DNA from: Octopus vulgaris
Lineage: Eukaryota
Direction: 5' to 3'
NCBI GenBank assembly: GCA_951406725.2
Contig: OX597833.1
Span: 8,742,001 to 8,806,000 of the forward strand
Length of the DNA stretch: 64,000 nucleotides
Shown here in pieces: positions 48,316 to 64,000 of the stretch. Made by a program: the position numbers and the translations under genes. Every line of letters starts with the position of its first letter. Positions within the stretch are counted from its first letter, which is position 1. The notes under the pieces are model-generated. The model ran no database searches, was not told where the DNA came from, and was given only the letters and a program-made list of their open reading frames with translations.

Positions 48316-49877
48316 TGTAGCAATATCGTTACACTCATTGCCGCTGCATGTATATATGGTCAGTAAATATTAATGGGATCGCATGCGATTGTATTCCCTA
48401 TACGATACGAACGCATGTGATCCTATTTTTATACTGGTGACCCCCTTTAATACGCAGCCATTCTGATATACTGCGCGGCCGACGGTAAACATAAGTTACG
48501 GAATTGACACAAGAGAACGCTGAAGAAGGAACTTTTTAAGAAAAACAAAAAATATATATATATATATATAATAATATCAATTTTATCGCCGTTTTATCGT
48601 CTGGCAAGAGGCTATATGTAGCAATATCGTTACACTCAATGCGATCTTCACTGTTTGAGAAGAGTATTAAGAATAATCTCGTTCGAGATTACAAACATCT
48701 TCGGCTAGTTTAACATTGTTGTAAACACTAATTCGATTGGCTGACACGTGGTCTCTACTACGTTCGCACCGCTGGTTGTCACGTGACGCGATTTGCCTCC
48801 GCTTATTTTCGCGCCATTGTTCCAAGCAGCCAATCACAGCTTTCCATTTCTGAAGATCGTTTTGAGCCTCATAAACCTTATATAAAGAAGGGTTCTCAGA
48901 CAAATATTCGTCTTTGGTTCAAGTCCTTCTCAGGGCGAACCTCTGACCACAGAATCCGTCTTTGGTTCAAGTCCTTCTCAGGGCGAACCTCTGACCACAG
49001 AATCCGTCTTTGGTTCAAGTCCTTCTCAGGGCGAACCTCTGACCACAGAGTTCGTCTTTGGTTCAAGTCCTTCTCAGGGCGAACCTCTGACCACACAGAG
49101 TTCGTCTTAGGTTTCTAGTCCTTCTCAGGGCTAACCTCTGACCACAGAGCTCGTCTTTGGTTCAAGTCCTTCTCAGGGCGAACCTCTGACCACACAGAGC
49201 ATACCAACTATGTTCCAGTTCGAACGGCAGGCGACCATCATTATATCAAGAGAAAAATAACCAAGCAGAATATATGATGAAGACGCAGCAAAAACCAAGC
49301 AACAGACGCAACTCATCGCCGAACATCGAAGATTTAATTTCTACACAAGACAACTACAGATTCAACTATAGCGGTTAGGTGAAAATCTCACCACGGGAAA
49401 AACGGCTACAGTTAACACATCTGGAAGTATATTCATATCAAGAGAAAGATAAACACAACAAGTGATTCAATTAATCTCAACTACGAGACGCAACATCTTG
49501 ATATGGAACTCTTACCCTCCGTGTACCTCATAAACGGTAAATCAATTATCTGTTTTGAGTTCTAGTTCTTCTAAGAACTACCTTAAGCTATCTGCTACTA
49601 CCTGTTGCTAGGCTGATACCAACAACAGGAACTGTGAACCAAATTCCATTGTTATTTCTCTGGTCAGTACCTTTTATGCCTCACGAACACACAACACAAA
49701 AACATGCTAACACTTACAAACTTCCAACCAACAGGATTGTAAAATATGTAAAATAAATAATGTATATATCTCAAAAAGAAATCTTGTTGTCATTCCACTT
49801 GTGTTCTATTGCCGCTGTATGGCCACGTGCGACCGTGTCTCCTATACGATACGACCGCATGTGAGCCTATTTTTATA
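48316..49877 (+). mobile_element. Non-autonomous LTR element: short 5' LTR (48316-48433), PBS, ~180-bp interior, long 3' LTR (48617-49877)
   Basis: Both LTRs begin tgtagcaatatcgttacactca and end cctatacgatacga.cgcatgtga.cctatttttata; PBS-like tggtgacccc at 48435; 4-bp TSD cttc at 48312-48315 and 49878-49881. Confidence 0.8.
48907..49200. repeat. 48-bp tandem repeat x6 inside the LTR
   Basis: ttcgtctttggttcaagtccttctcagggcgaacctctgaccacaga units, just downstream of a TATA-like tatataaag. Confidence 0.95.
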
Positions 49878-49922
49878 CTTCTTTATATATATATGTATGT
49901 ATATAGATGTATGTATGTAATA

Positions 49923-49980
<58 letters not shown>

Positions 49981-49987
49981 TAGATAG

Positions 49988-50021
<34 letters not shown>

Positions 50022-50402
50022 TAGATAGATATATATATAGAGAGAGAGAAAGTAATAACGAGTGAATGAGAACCACGGAAGGGTTTAAAAAGCGGGAAAA
50101 TAATTGAAGATAAAATAAAACGAAATAGGGAGCCAAAACATTAAACATTATGGTTAATGTTTACATCGCCCCCTATTATTGAAAGTGGGTAGAAATAAAA
50201 AGTAAATTAAAATTTCATTTAACCCCCCACCCCCCACCCCATTTTCCTAAAAGTTATGAGGGAAAACCTCGGATCTTGTGAATTTTCCCAGCTCCCCTCC
50301 ACACACTCCTCTTCCTTTCGCTTCCTACACATATTTTTACAGCCGTTGCACTATTTTTTTCTTATTTTTGTTTTCGGGTCAAGTTGTACACATTAACCCG
50401 TT

Positions 50403-50932
50403 AATCCGTTAATTCTTGGAAAATGTAACAAAGTTAACGTTAATCCGTTTACGGTAACTTTAATTGTCAAAGGCATAACTACAGTTTAATACCCCACCGA
50501 TTTTGTTGCCTCGTAACTTCCAGAAAAGTGCATACTTTTTAACTAAACTTTCACCAAATAATCCTGAAGATTAAGTGTGTGTAATAGATTTGTTTGAAAA
50601 CATTTCCGAGGGGTTAGAGAGAGGAGTTTCGGAACATTCACAGGACCCGACATTTTCCCGTCAATATACAGTTTCACACCTGTAGCATGTCTGTATTAGC
50701 TTTAGTTAAAACATGCATTTCTGGACTTCAAGGTGGGCTCAAGCGACACTGTCAGTTTACAGTTTTACTCAGTCTGTGATTTGGCTGAATTCACTCGCTT
50801 CCTCGGACAGTCGTTCTCTGTTATGTCCGCATTCCATCCAGTTCCCTGACTTCCTCGCTTCACTTTCAAGGGACACCCGGGATGCTGTTTTCTTCCATCG
50901 CCGTTTATGATGGCCTTTCTCACACAAGAACA
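50403..50932 (-). repeat. Inverted copy of the ~530-bp segment at 32332-32860 / 60969-61498
   Basis: The same 65-aa ORF (MHFWTSRWAQ...) is on + here and on - in units 1 and 3. Confidence 0.92.
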
Positions 50933-52424
50933 TTCTTAATGTTTATATCCTGGCCTAGAAATGAAAATCCTCCCAAAGGACTACTGGAATGGGTGTAAAA
51001 AAATGTGTAGGAAACGTTGCCAAGCAACGTGAGGGTGGGGAGAGGACTTCGGGAAATTCACGAGATCCAGGTTTTTCCCTCGTAACTTTCAGGAAATTGG
51101 GAGGGTTTTCTTTCAATGAAATTTTATATATAAATACCTTTCCAACGGCATACATTATGATTGTAAAGTAATTTGAGGGGGAAATCTTGAGGTGGAGAGA
51201 GGAATTTCGAAAGTTCCCAAGATCCGAATAATTCCTCGTTCTAATCCGAAATCACATTCAACTTTCTACAGATACCCTACTATACTACATAGTGTTTATT
51301 TCTACCCACTTTCAATAATTTTGAATGTTTTGGCTTCAATTTTGCACAATTGTTTTCCTTACTCGATGTTCTGAAAACTATACTTTCTACCATTCCACAT
51401 GCACTCCAATCTCGCACACGTTCACTGTATATTTCTTAGTTTTCTCCACTTGCATTTTCTCTTTTACTCACTTTCCCTAGATCCTCCTTTTCTTCAGAAA
51501 CTCTTTAGGTGGGGAATATTGTGAGTGACCATTTCTTCCTGTGGTTACTCAAGATTGGAAACCGAATCCACATACCTGTTGCTTGTCACATGGTTGTCTC
51601 ATCCTTTCTGTTTTATTAAATTGTGTAAATTGCTGTTTTACACCTTATTTTAGAGATGTCAAAGAACAGACGAGAAAATTTTTGTAGACATTCGAGGATT
51701 TGACAGGTGTAAACAATATTGGTTTCAAACATTGGTACAAGGGAGAAGTCGATTGCATTGACCCCAATATTCAACTGGTACCTTTTAATCAACCGCGAAA
51801 GGATAAAAGACAAAGTCAACCTTGGTGGAATACAGGTATAAGTAATATTTCTGCATGAAATCAAATTCGATGACTGGCATCCGTGCTAGCGGGGTGCAAA
51901 GAGCACCATCCGTGCTAGTGGGGTGCAAAGAGCACCATCCGTGCTAGTGGGGTGCAAAGAGCACCATCCGAGTGTGATCGTTGCCAGAGCAGCCAACTGG
52001 CTTCCATGCTGGTGGCACGTAAAGGGCACCATTCGAGCGTGATCGTTACCAGTGTCGCCTTACTGGCACCTGTGCCGGTGGCACATAAAAAGCACGCACT
52101 ACACTCTCGGAGGGGTTGGCGTTAGGAAGGGCATCGAGCTGTAGAAACTCTGCCAGATCAAGATTGGAGCCTGGTGCAGCCATCTGGTTCGCCAGCCCTC
52201 AGTCAAAATCGTCCAACCCATGCTAGCATGGAGCACGGACGTTAAACGATGATGACGATGATGATGACAATTAGAAGAAGTGAAGGGAAACATTTTGTCG
52301 TTATCTTCATTGCAGGGAAAAGAAGCAGCAGGTTACATTACAAAAAGAAAAGAGAAGCAAAGTCTATTCCAGGTGGAGACCATTTCTCTACCAGAATGTG
52401 AACATCTTTTCTTTCAATTACTTT

Positions 52425-52456
<32 letters not shown>

Positions 52457-52603
52457 CCCACCTTTACTCCTCCCCCCCCCCCATCTATCTTCCCCTCTCC
52501 CCCTCTCATGCCTCTCTAGCAGTTAATCTCACTTGTATAATGACAATATTAATACAGTGGGATGTAACACAGGTTTAACATTTTTTTTCTTTTCTTTACC
52601 CAG

Positions 52604-54777
52604 GACTCTGATGAAAAAATAAAATTTTACAGGATAAAAGTTGAAGAATTTCCAAACATGCTGGAAGAATGTTTTAACCTTAAAGTGAATGCACTTAAGG
52701 CCAAGTTGCAAAAAGTTGAAAATGCCTTAAGAAATGAGATTTTGCTTGATTTACAAGAAGAAATTTGCAACCAACATGCTAAAGTCTTCCTCCTTTGGAC
52801 TCTACATGAGCAAATATTGGCCAAGGAAATCTCCATTGAAATACTGGGAAAAGATCCGGATAACTTGTTGGCATTAACAAACCAAGCGTTAATGTTCGTG
52901 CATTATGAAAATTTCCCTGAAGTCGATAGAGTGCTGGACAAACTGAACACTTTAAAAAGCAGCCCCAATTTCCCTTCATTGGAAGCAAGAGGTAAAGCTG
53001 AAATTGCCTATTGCATTTCTAGAATATCTTTTCACCATTATCAACGTGCCATTGAACTTTTCAAAGAAGCTCTTCAGGTTTGCCCAAACAATTACTTTTG
53101 GCTTTTTCGCCTGGCTCTGCTAATTTATCGCAGGATGAGGATATTATATGATAAAGAAAAGAGAGAAAAATCTTCAAGGGAAGCTACTGAAATTCTTCAA
53201 AGAATTACTTCTAATTATCCTTGTTATGTTAATGATCATCTAATGGCTAAAACTTTGGCTCTGCTAGGCTCTCTTGAAAATACTGCTTTTCTTCATATAC
53301 GTACTCCAAGAACAATTGAATATTTCCAGAGAGCTTGTAGTATGTTTCCTCAAGACCGATTTGTAATGGAAAAAAGTGCTATTTTCTATAAATCAATAGA
53401 TAAGTATGAAGATGCACAGAAATTGCTAGAGGAAGCCATTAAACGAAATGAGACCTCACTTTCACAACATCATCTTGGTACTATTTATAAAGATAAAATT
53501 CCTGAATACAAAGATTTGTGCGTTAAAGAATTACCCTTCTCCAATTGTGAAACACAAGAACTAAAAGAATTAAAAGTAGAAAAACGAATATTAAAATGTC
53601 CTGAGAGAATACCTGATATTGAAAGAAATGAAAATGTAGATAAGGCTGAATACCATTTTAAAAGAGCTTACAGTCTGGATCCTCAGAATATACCTGTCAT
53701 GCTTGATCTAGCTTTGTTATACAGAAGTGTGCGCGAATATGAAAATGCGATGAAATGTTTTGAAGATATTGACTTTTCAGTTTTGAACATTTGGGACACA
53801 ATCAAATACTTCATTCAATATGGAAAATTTTGTTTTTTTCTGGCTGACAAAAAAGAAAGTGAAGAAGAGAAACAAGATTTAATAGATGTTGGTACGGATA
53901 TGTTTGTCTGTGCCATCAATCATTTATCTGAGATTCTGGTGCTCAATAAAAGACAGAAAGAAATTTGGGAAATCAAAAAGATAATGGAAGGAATTTATAA
54001 CTTTGCTGACACCGAATACAAAAGTAATCTAATGAAATTAATTCAGTCTATAAAAGAATTGCCTGATGAGGGGGAATTTTCCCAAAACTTCTCAAAGAAT
54101 GCGGTGGAAATGAACTTTCACAAAAATTACGATTGTTATGCCGACAGGAGGAATTTCAACAAGCTTTTCTCCATTTAGAGTTTTCTGGTTGTCAACAAAG
54201 TGAAATTGATGTAGACCTGAGGAAAACAATTTATCTTCAATATGCTAAAGAGTTCTATGGAAAGAGACAGAAGGTAGCTACGATAATTTTCAAAAAATAT
54301 TACAAACTTTGCTTTGGCCATTCCCAAGAATCTGAACACAAAGCAGGTACTGTTAGCTCATCAAAGATTCCTTTTTTTCAATATGATGTCTACATTTTAA
54401 CATCCAAAAGTGATAATGGTGATGCTAAACATCTAGCAGAGAGTTTGGTGACATATTTTGGATTGCAAACTAGCTACGGAGACTCTGATTTCACTCTAGG
54501 AATAGGAAAAATGGTAAATGTTAATAAAGTAATGGAAGACAGCTGCCATATTGGAATCTTTTATTCCAAGGATATTTTATCTGAAACGAAATATGCCGTG
54601 GAAATTATGAAAAACCGAAAACTGAAAACTGGAAAGATTTTTCTGATAAACAGCAATAACAGTTCTGAGATAGCCAAACATTTACAAAGTTTTCCTAATG
54701 TCGACTACAAGAACAAGAACAACATAGAACTGTTAAGACTCTTTGAATTGCTTTGTTCTTCAGAGAAAGATAGATAG
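52604..54777 (+). pseudogene. TPR-TIR gene copy 2, exon 2, with 1-nt deletion at ~54072 (truncated TPR-only product ending 54178, pseudogene, or assembly error)
   Basis: GATGAGGGAGGAATT in copy 1 versus GATGAGGGGGAATT here; the downstream frame to 54777 is otherwise intact. Confidence 0.75.
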
Positions 54778-55389
54778 ATGGATGGATGGAATGGAGGACG
54801 GACGGACGGACGGACGGATTGACGAACAGATGGATGGATAGGTGGATGCATGCATACATATATACATATATACTCTTTTCCCTTGTGTTTTCTCTTGTAC
54901 TCCATCACTACTAACTTTATTATCTTCTTCCCAGCTACTCACACCCTGATATGAGGCAGCCATGTATCTCTTCTATAGCAAAACTCCTGTGCAGGTGGCA
55001 TATAAAAAGCACCATTTGAGCGTGGCTGTTGCCATTACCGCCAGACCGGCCCTTGTGCTGGTGGCACGTAAAAGCACCCACTACACTCTCGGAGTGGTTG
55101 GCCTTAGGAAGGGCATCAAGCTGTAGAAACTCTGCCAGATTAGATTGGAGCCTGGTGCAACCATCTTCTTTGCCAGTCCTCAGTCAAATCGTTCAACGCA
55201 TGCTAACATGGAAAGTGGATGTTAAATGATGATGATGATATATATATATATATATATAAATATATCCATATATATTAGGAATGGCCATAATAGGACATTC
55301 AACTCACTAGAAAGAGCAGTTAAACTCCAAACCACTAATAGTTGTAATTCTGAAATGGAAAGAGAAATAAAAACGTTTACCCTCTCCTA

Positions 55390-55466
55390 TCTGGACTATG
55401 CATAGTTTCGGCAATCTTTAGTAAATAAATTAAATTTATTTACAACTGGCGTGCCTCTTCAGCAGA
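55390..55466 (-). ncRNA. Type I hammerhead ribozyme motif next to a Penelope-like fragment
   Basis: Minus strand: TCTG CTGAAGA GGCA..(hairpin)..TGCC GAAA CTATGCATAG TC CAGA; all core nucleotides present, GTC triplet. Confidence 0.75.
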
Positions 55467-55559
55467 AAACTAAGGACTACCATATAGTCACGAAGCACTA
55501 ATAACCATGCTTTGAGTCTATATGCTATAACTTTTCAAAATCCACCATGTGCATCAATG

Positions 55560-55890
55560 AGTAATATGATACAATATGTAGGGTGTACATTGGTGCGACT
55601 AAAAATAGTATGAAACAACGACTAAACTATCATAGATACACTTTTAAAAATAAAAATAGGATGAATTCTACGGGGTTAAGTACTTATATTTGGGAACTTA
55701 AGAGCAAGAATATAGATTTTGACTTAAATTGGAAAATACTCACTTCCGCACCAGTATATAATAATAGAAATAAAAAATGCTCTTTATTGTTCATCATCAA
55801 GGCTGGCCTACCCATTATTAATAATATTAATGAGCGGAATTAATTTTGTCTTCACAGACTAGCGTATACCTTCTCTAGATTTAAATAGAC
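55560..55890 (+). mobile_element. Penelope-like element GIY-YIG endonuclease fragment
   Basis: YIGATKNSMKQRLNYHRYTF...STGLSTYIWELK...LNWKIL...CSL; lies within the unit-2-specific segment ~54890-56130. Confidence 0.8.
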
Positions 55891-58377
55891 CCTAGTTTTT
55901 TTACCAGTAATTTTTTAACATTTTTCTATATCGGATTGTGCTCTTGGACATTATAATTTATAATTTTATATCTCCATATATGTGTTCTGTATTGATTGTT
56001 TTTGTCTCGGCTTGAAAATATATTGAAATATATATGTATATTCTGATATATACATGGTATTTTGATCTTCATGGAGTTTTCCATTGGTGTTGGGTATATT
56101 TACTTATATATTTACTTATATATTTACATATATATATATTTACTTATATTTTGTGTGTATGTATATGTATATATATGTATATGTTTATGTGTAGGTGTAT
56201 GTATTAATCTACGCATACATGTGTATACGTATGTTGATATATGTGATTGTATATATATATATGTATATATATATCTTCCTAGTAAGCTTTCCCATGTATT
56301 TGTTTGGCAGTTTTATATATTGAGTTCTCTTTGTATACGTCTAAATTTGTATTTTATTTTATCATTTTTTTAAATTTAATTTTTTTTATTCTTCTTTATT
56401 ATTATTATAACTATTATTTTATTTTATTTTATTTTTTATTCATTATTTATTATTTATTATTTTTTATTTTTTATCTATTTTTTTAGTTACAGGCACTAAT
56501 TGATAATTAATTTAATTTATAATTAATTTATATCTTACATTTTATATTTAATAACACTTTCTGTATATTGTATATGTGTTTATATGTCCTTCGGTTGTTT
56601 GGTTATGCATGTATGTATATGCAAAGCTGTGGGCAGACTTGTATATCTGTAATTTCGTACGTATATGTGGATATGTCTACATATGTTCATGTGTGTATGT
56701 ATATATGTATGCATATGTATATTTATATGTATATATATATTCATGGGTGGATATATGTGTATATGTTTCTTTTTATATATATATCAATACATATATGAGT
56801 GTGTATGTATGTATATGCAAATGTTTGCGGATGCAGTGCATGCGAGTGTATATATGTATATGGCTGTGTGCGGGGGGGAGGGTATGTATGCTGGTGCAGT
56901 TTTCCCATGCCTATGCTTGTTTATTAGGGAATATTCGAGTGGGGACACAGTCGAAATTGTGGTTATCTGGAAGGTTTCACAGCACGATAAATGTTTACGA
57001 AATTTGTGGTGTAATTTCAATTATGTATCTTATGCTAATAACGTACTTCGACTGAGTATGGGTGTCTGTTTGCATGCATGTATGTATATTTATGGATATA
57101 TGTGAGTAGTTATCTATGTAAACATATATGTGTGTATGTAAGCTTGTATTTCCTGTATTGTGATTTATCCATGTATATATGTGTAAGCGCACATATACGT
57201 GTGTACGTCTGTAAGTATTTCTTAACAAACCAACCGTAACGAAGACAATTGAAATTCAAATGTGCCGCCCAATCGTATTGGGCGTTCGATCTTTAGCTAT
57301 CTCTGAACTTAATACTTTACACATATCACAGTCAAAATTATGGCTGGCACCCGTGTATACGCTTGTGCACCTGTGAAATTTGCTATGATGTAAATTAATG
57401 TTTTTCTTTTTTCATTTTTATGGTACTGTATTATTGTTGTTGTTGTTTTTGCTATTATGTTGCTAACCGCGTGATGAATATATTGTTTTGCTGGTATTAA
57501 TGTTAATGTTATTAATAATAATAATAATGATATTAGTAGCAATAGTGGCAATGGTAATGGTAATGATGGTAATATTAATGACATTTTGTAACTTAATATA
57601 ATGAACTCTTGACTTTGTATATCTGCATTTGAATATAGATATGTGTATGTTTGTATATTGTAATATTCTAATATATTGTTTTGAACAACTGTAACCTTGA
57701 ATATAGAACATATGTATGTATATTGCTGTATATTATTATGTATATATATATATATATGTATAGGAGTATGGGTATATGCACTCATATGTATGTGTATATT
57801 ATATATTATGGGTATGTACCCACTCTTGTATGGGTGTACCTCCTCTGATATTCATATTTACTTTCGTTTCTACTTCATAATCTCTGAAGAGGCCTTGGGA
57901 TATTTTTGTAAGTGTCTCATTTATAACCACATATCAATTTATCACACATGGCTAATATGAGCATAATGAGATACCCATATCTGCATGGCTGAAACAGCTG
58001 TAAGATGTACTTTATATTTATATTTATTTATATTTACTTATGCATATTGTACTTATTGTATAATATTACTCATTGATGTACATTGTTTTGTTCTATACTA
58101 TTATGTTTGACCTTAATTTTCATATGTAGTGGTTTAATAAATTATGTGATTGGGTATTATCTTGTAGTTGATTATTGATTAAGGTGTATTTCTCCATTTT
58201 CTTATTTTGTATTATTAATTTGTGGTAAAACATTTTACCTTTGCCCATATAATACAGTAAATCAATTAATTGCATCACAATTCTTAACATTTATGTATTA
58301 AGTTTGTTGGGTGCTTTACTGGCAGAATATTGGATATATGTTATCCCATGGAGGGTTACACTCACAACCCCTATCTC

Positions 58378-58440
<63 letters not shown>

Positions 58441-60101
58441 TATATTCAACCCACCATGGGATTTTATTGATTTAAGTATGTTTCTCCATTTTCTAATTTT
58501 GTAGTATATATTTATATATATATATATACACATATAGTAAATCCAAACAAAGAAGAAAACAAGAAAAAACAATGATGCGAGGACGTGGTACAAGTCCTGT
58601 CTTATCAGACGCTCAGGAAACGAAGGAAAGGGGTTTTAACGTTTCGAGCCTTGCTCTTCTTCAGAAATAGAAGAAAGAAGGGAAAACACAAGAAGAAAAT
58701 CACCACCGATACCCACGTGGTTAAGACAGCAGAGTGCAAGAGAAGGAGACGTGTGTGTGTGTGTGTGCGCAGGTCTGTGTGTGTAATAATAGCACGTGTA
58801 TGTGTGTGAGTGTGTGTGGTTTTGGTTTATGTGTGTGTGTGTGTGTGTGTGAGAGTGGACTTTGTGTCAATGTCGTAGGAAGAATTTATGGTAAGAATAT
58901 TAGGTCGGAGTTTTTTTGTGTGTGTGTCCCTTCACATGCGCTGAGGAGAATGATCAGTAGAAAGGTGTTTACCTGGTAGTTTGAAGTATGTGTGTGTCTG
59001 TGTGTGTGTGTATATGTATATGTTGTGTGTGTGTTTTGTATGCTTGTTTATGTGTATGCATTGGGTTGTGTGTGGAGTTGTCTGAAGCAAATGTGCATTA
59101 CTCTGTGTGTGTGTGTGTGTGTGTGCATGTATATATAATTGTGTGCGTGTATGTATGAGTGTGTATGGCAGGTATGTGTGGGTTCATTTGTCTATGTGTA
59201 TGTGCGCGTGGGTGTATGTGTGTGTGTATTTTTTCGTGTGTGTGTGTATGTATGTGTGCGTGTATACAGAAATAAAATAAAAAATAAATTATAATAAGGT
59301 TGATAGGGGATAAAGAAGAAGAAGTTGATACGATTTAAAGTGGAGCAATTAAAAACAAAAATGAAAGAAAGTTGCTTTGTTAGGTCTGTCGTTCTTCGTT
59401 ATTTCTGTAATAAAAATAGTTTTGAATGATTTCTGTGCGAGTGTATGAAATGGGTGCGTGTGTATGTGTGTGAGAGAGGAAGAGCGAGAATTTCATTAAA
59501 AACTGCCCATTTTCCTGCAAGTTATAATGATTCATGTGAATTTTCTGAAATTCCCGGAAAATGTTTTTTCACAAAAAACTCTGACACAATCGGAATCTAC
59601 TTCACCAGAAAATGTGTTTGTAGAAAATTTCGTTAAAAAACAAAAATACGCATTAAGTGGGCGGCTCTAACTTATGCTTGTATACCCTGGTAACGGGAGG
59701 CCCCGAAACGGCCCTCATTCTCTCCTGTTCACCTCCAGAAACGTGACAGTATCTGGGGTGCAGGGCTCTGAACTGCTAGCACTTGCACTGGCAAGGTGTT
59801 TGCAAGCACAGAAATAAATGAATGCCCGCTTTCTACGTCAGTCAGTGAAGGCAGTCACTGACGTAGATTTTAAAATACGTATCTTAGTAAATTCACTCAA
59901 TACAATAAGGTTGCTTGGCCGCGTCCAGTAAATAGGATAAAGGTTGTCAGGCGTTAAAAGTGAAACTACATTTAAAATTGTTTTGACGACTTGTAACTTC
60001 TTTCGAGGAGTTTCCAGCTTTGAAAACACTTCAACACATTCCAGCTGTGAAGAATCTACACAAAACTTAGACTAAACTTCTTCTGTCGTCTAATTTGTAG
60101 A

Positions 60102-64000
<3,899 letters not shown>

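Larger units (their letters stand above)
46221..60101 (+). repeat. Tandem segmental duplication unit 2 (~13.9 kb)
   Basis: Near-identical to unit 1 over 46221-46494 and ~51261-60101, apart from an insert at ~54890-56130. Confidence 0.92.

Noticed and set aside
48907-49200. Regularly spaced repeats resembling a CRISPR array
   Set aside because: Head-to-tail 48-bp units with no unique spacers, inside an LTR, in eukaryotic DNA with no cas genes.
54133-54777. Stand-alone 214-aa TIR gene
   Set aside because: It starts at TTG and is simply the frameshifted 3' part of copy 2 exon 2.

Overview
AT-rich, microsatellite- and transposon-dense animal DNA; the SINE and RTE-LINE repertoire looks cephalopod, most likely Octopus (inferred). 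1-24 kb holds the last 15 exons of an NSMAF/FAN-like BEACH-WD40 gene (+). I reconstructed these by hand with consistent GT-AG sites and intron phases; the introns carry SINEs, LINE relics and MITEs. 31.5-64 kb is a tandem array of ~14-15 kb units (two complete, a third running off the window). Each unit encodes a two-exon gene that the ORF track only partly shows: a 14-codon exon 1 (METDFLRQMVNLTL), a 6-8 kb intron, and one large exon 2. The product is an IFIT/TTC22-like TPR solenoid fused to a C-terminal TIR-like domain (~738 aa). A cluster of IRF/ISRE/EICE-like motifs and a TATA box lies just upstream of each exon 1. Paralog differences concentrate in the central TPR helices, while the TIR is identical at the protein level. 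Copy 2 has a 1-nt frameshift that removes the TIR. The array also contains Helitron, LTR, RTE and Penelope-like insertions and several hammerhead-ribozyme motifs. All family assignments come from motif recognition, not database searches.
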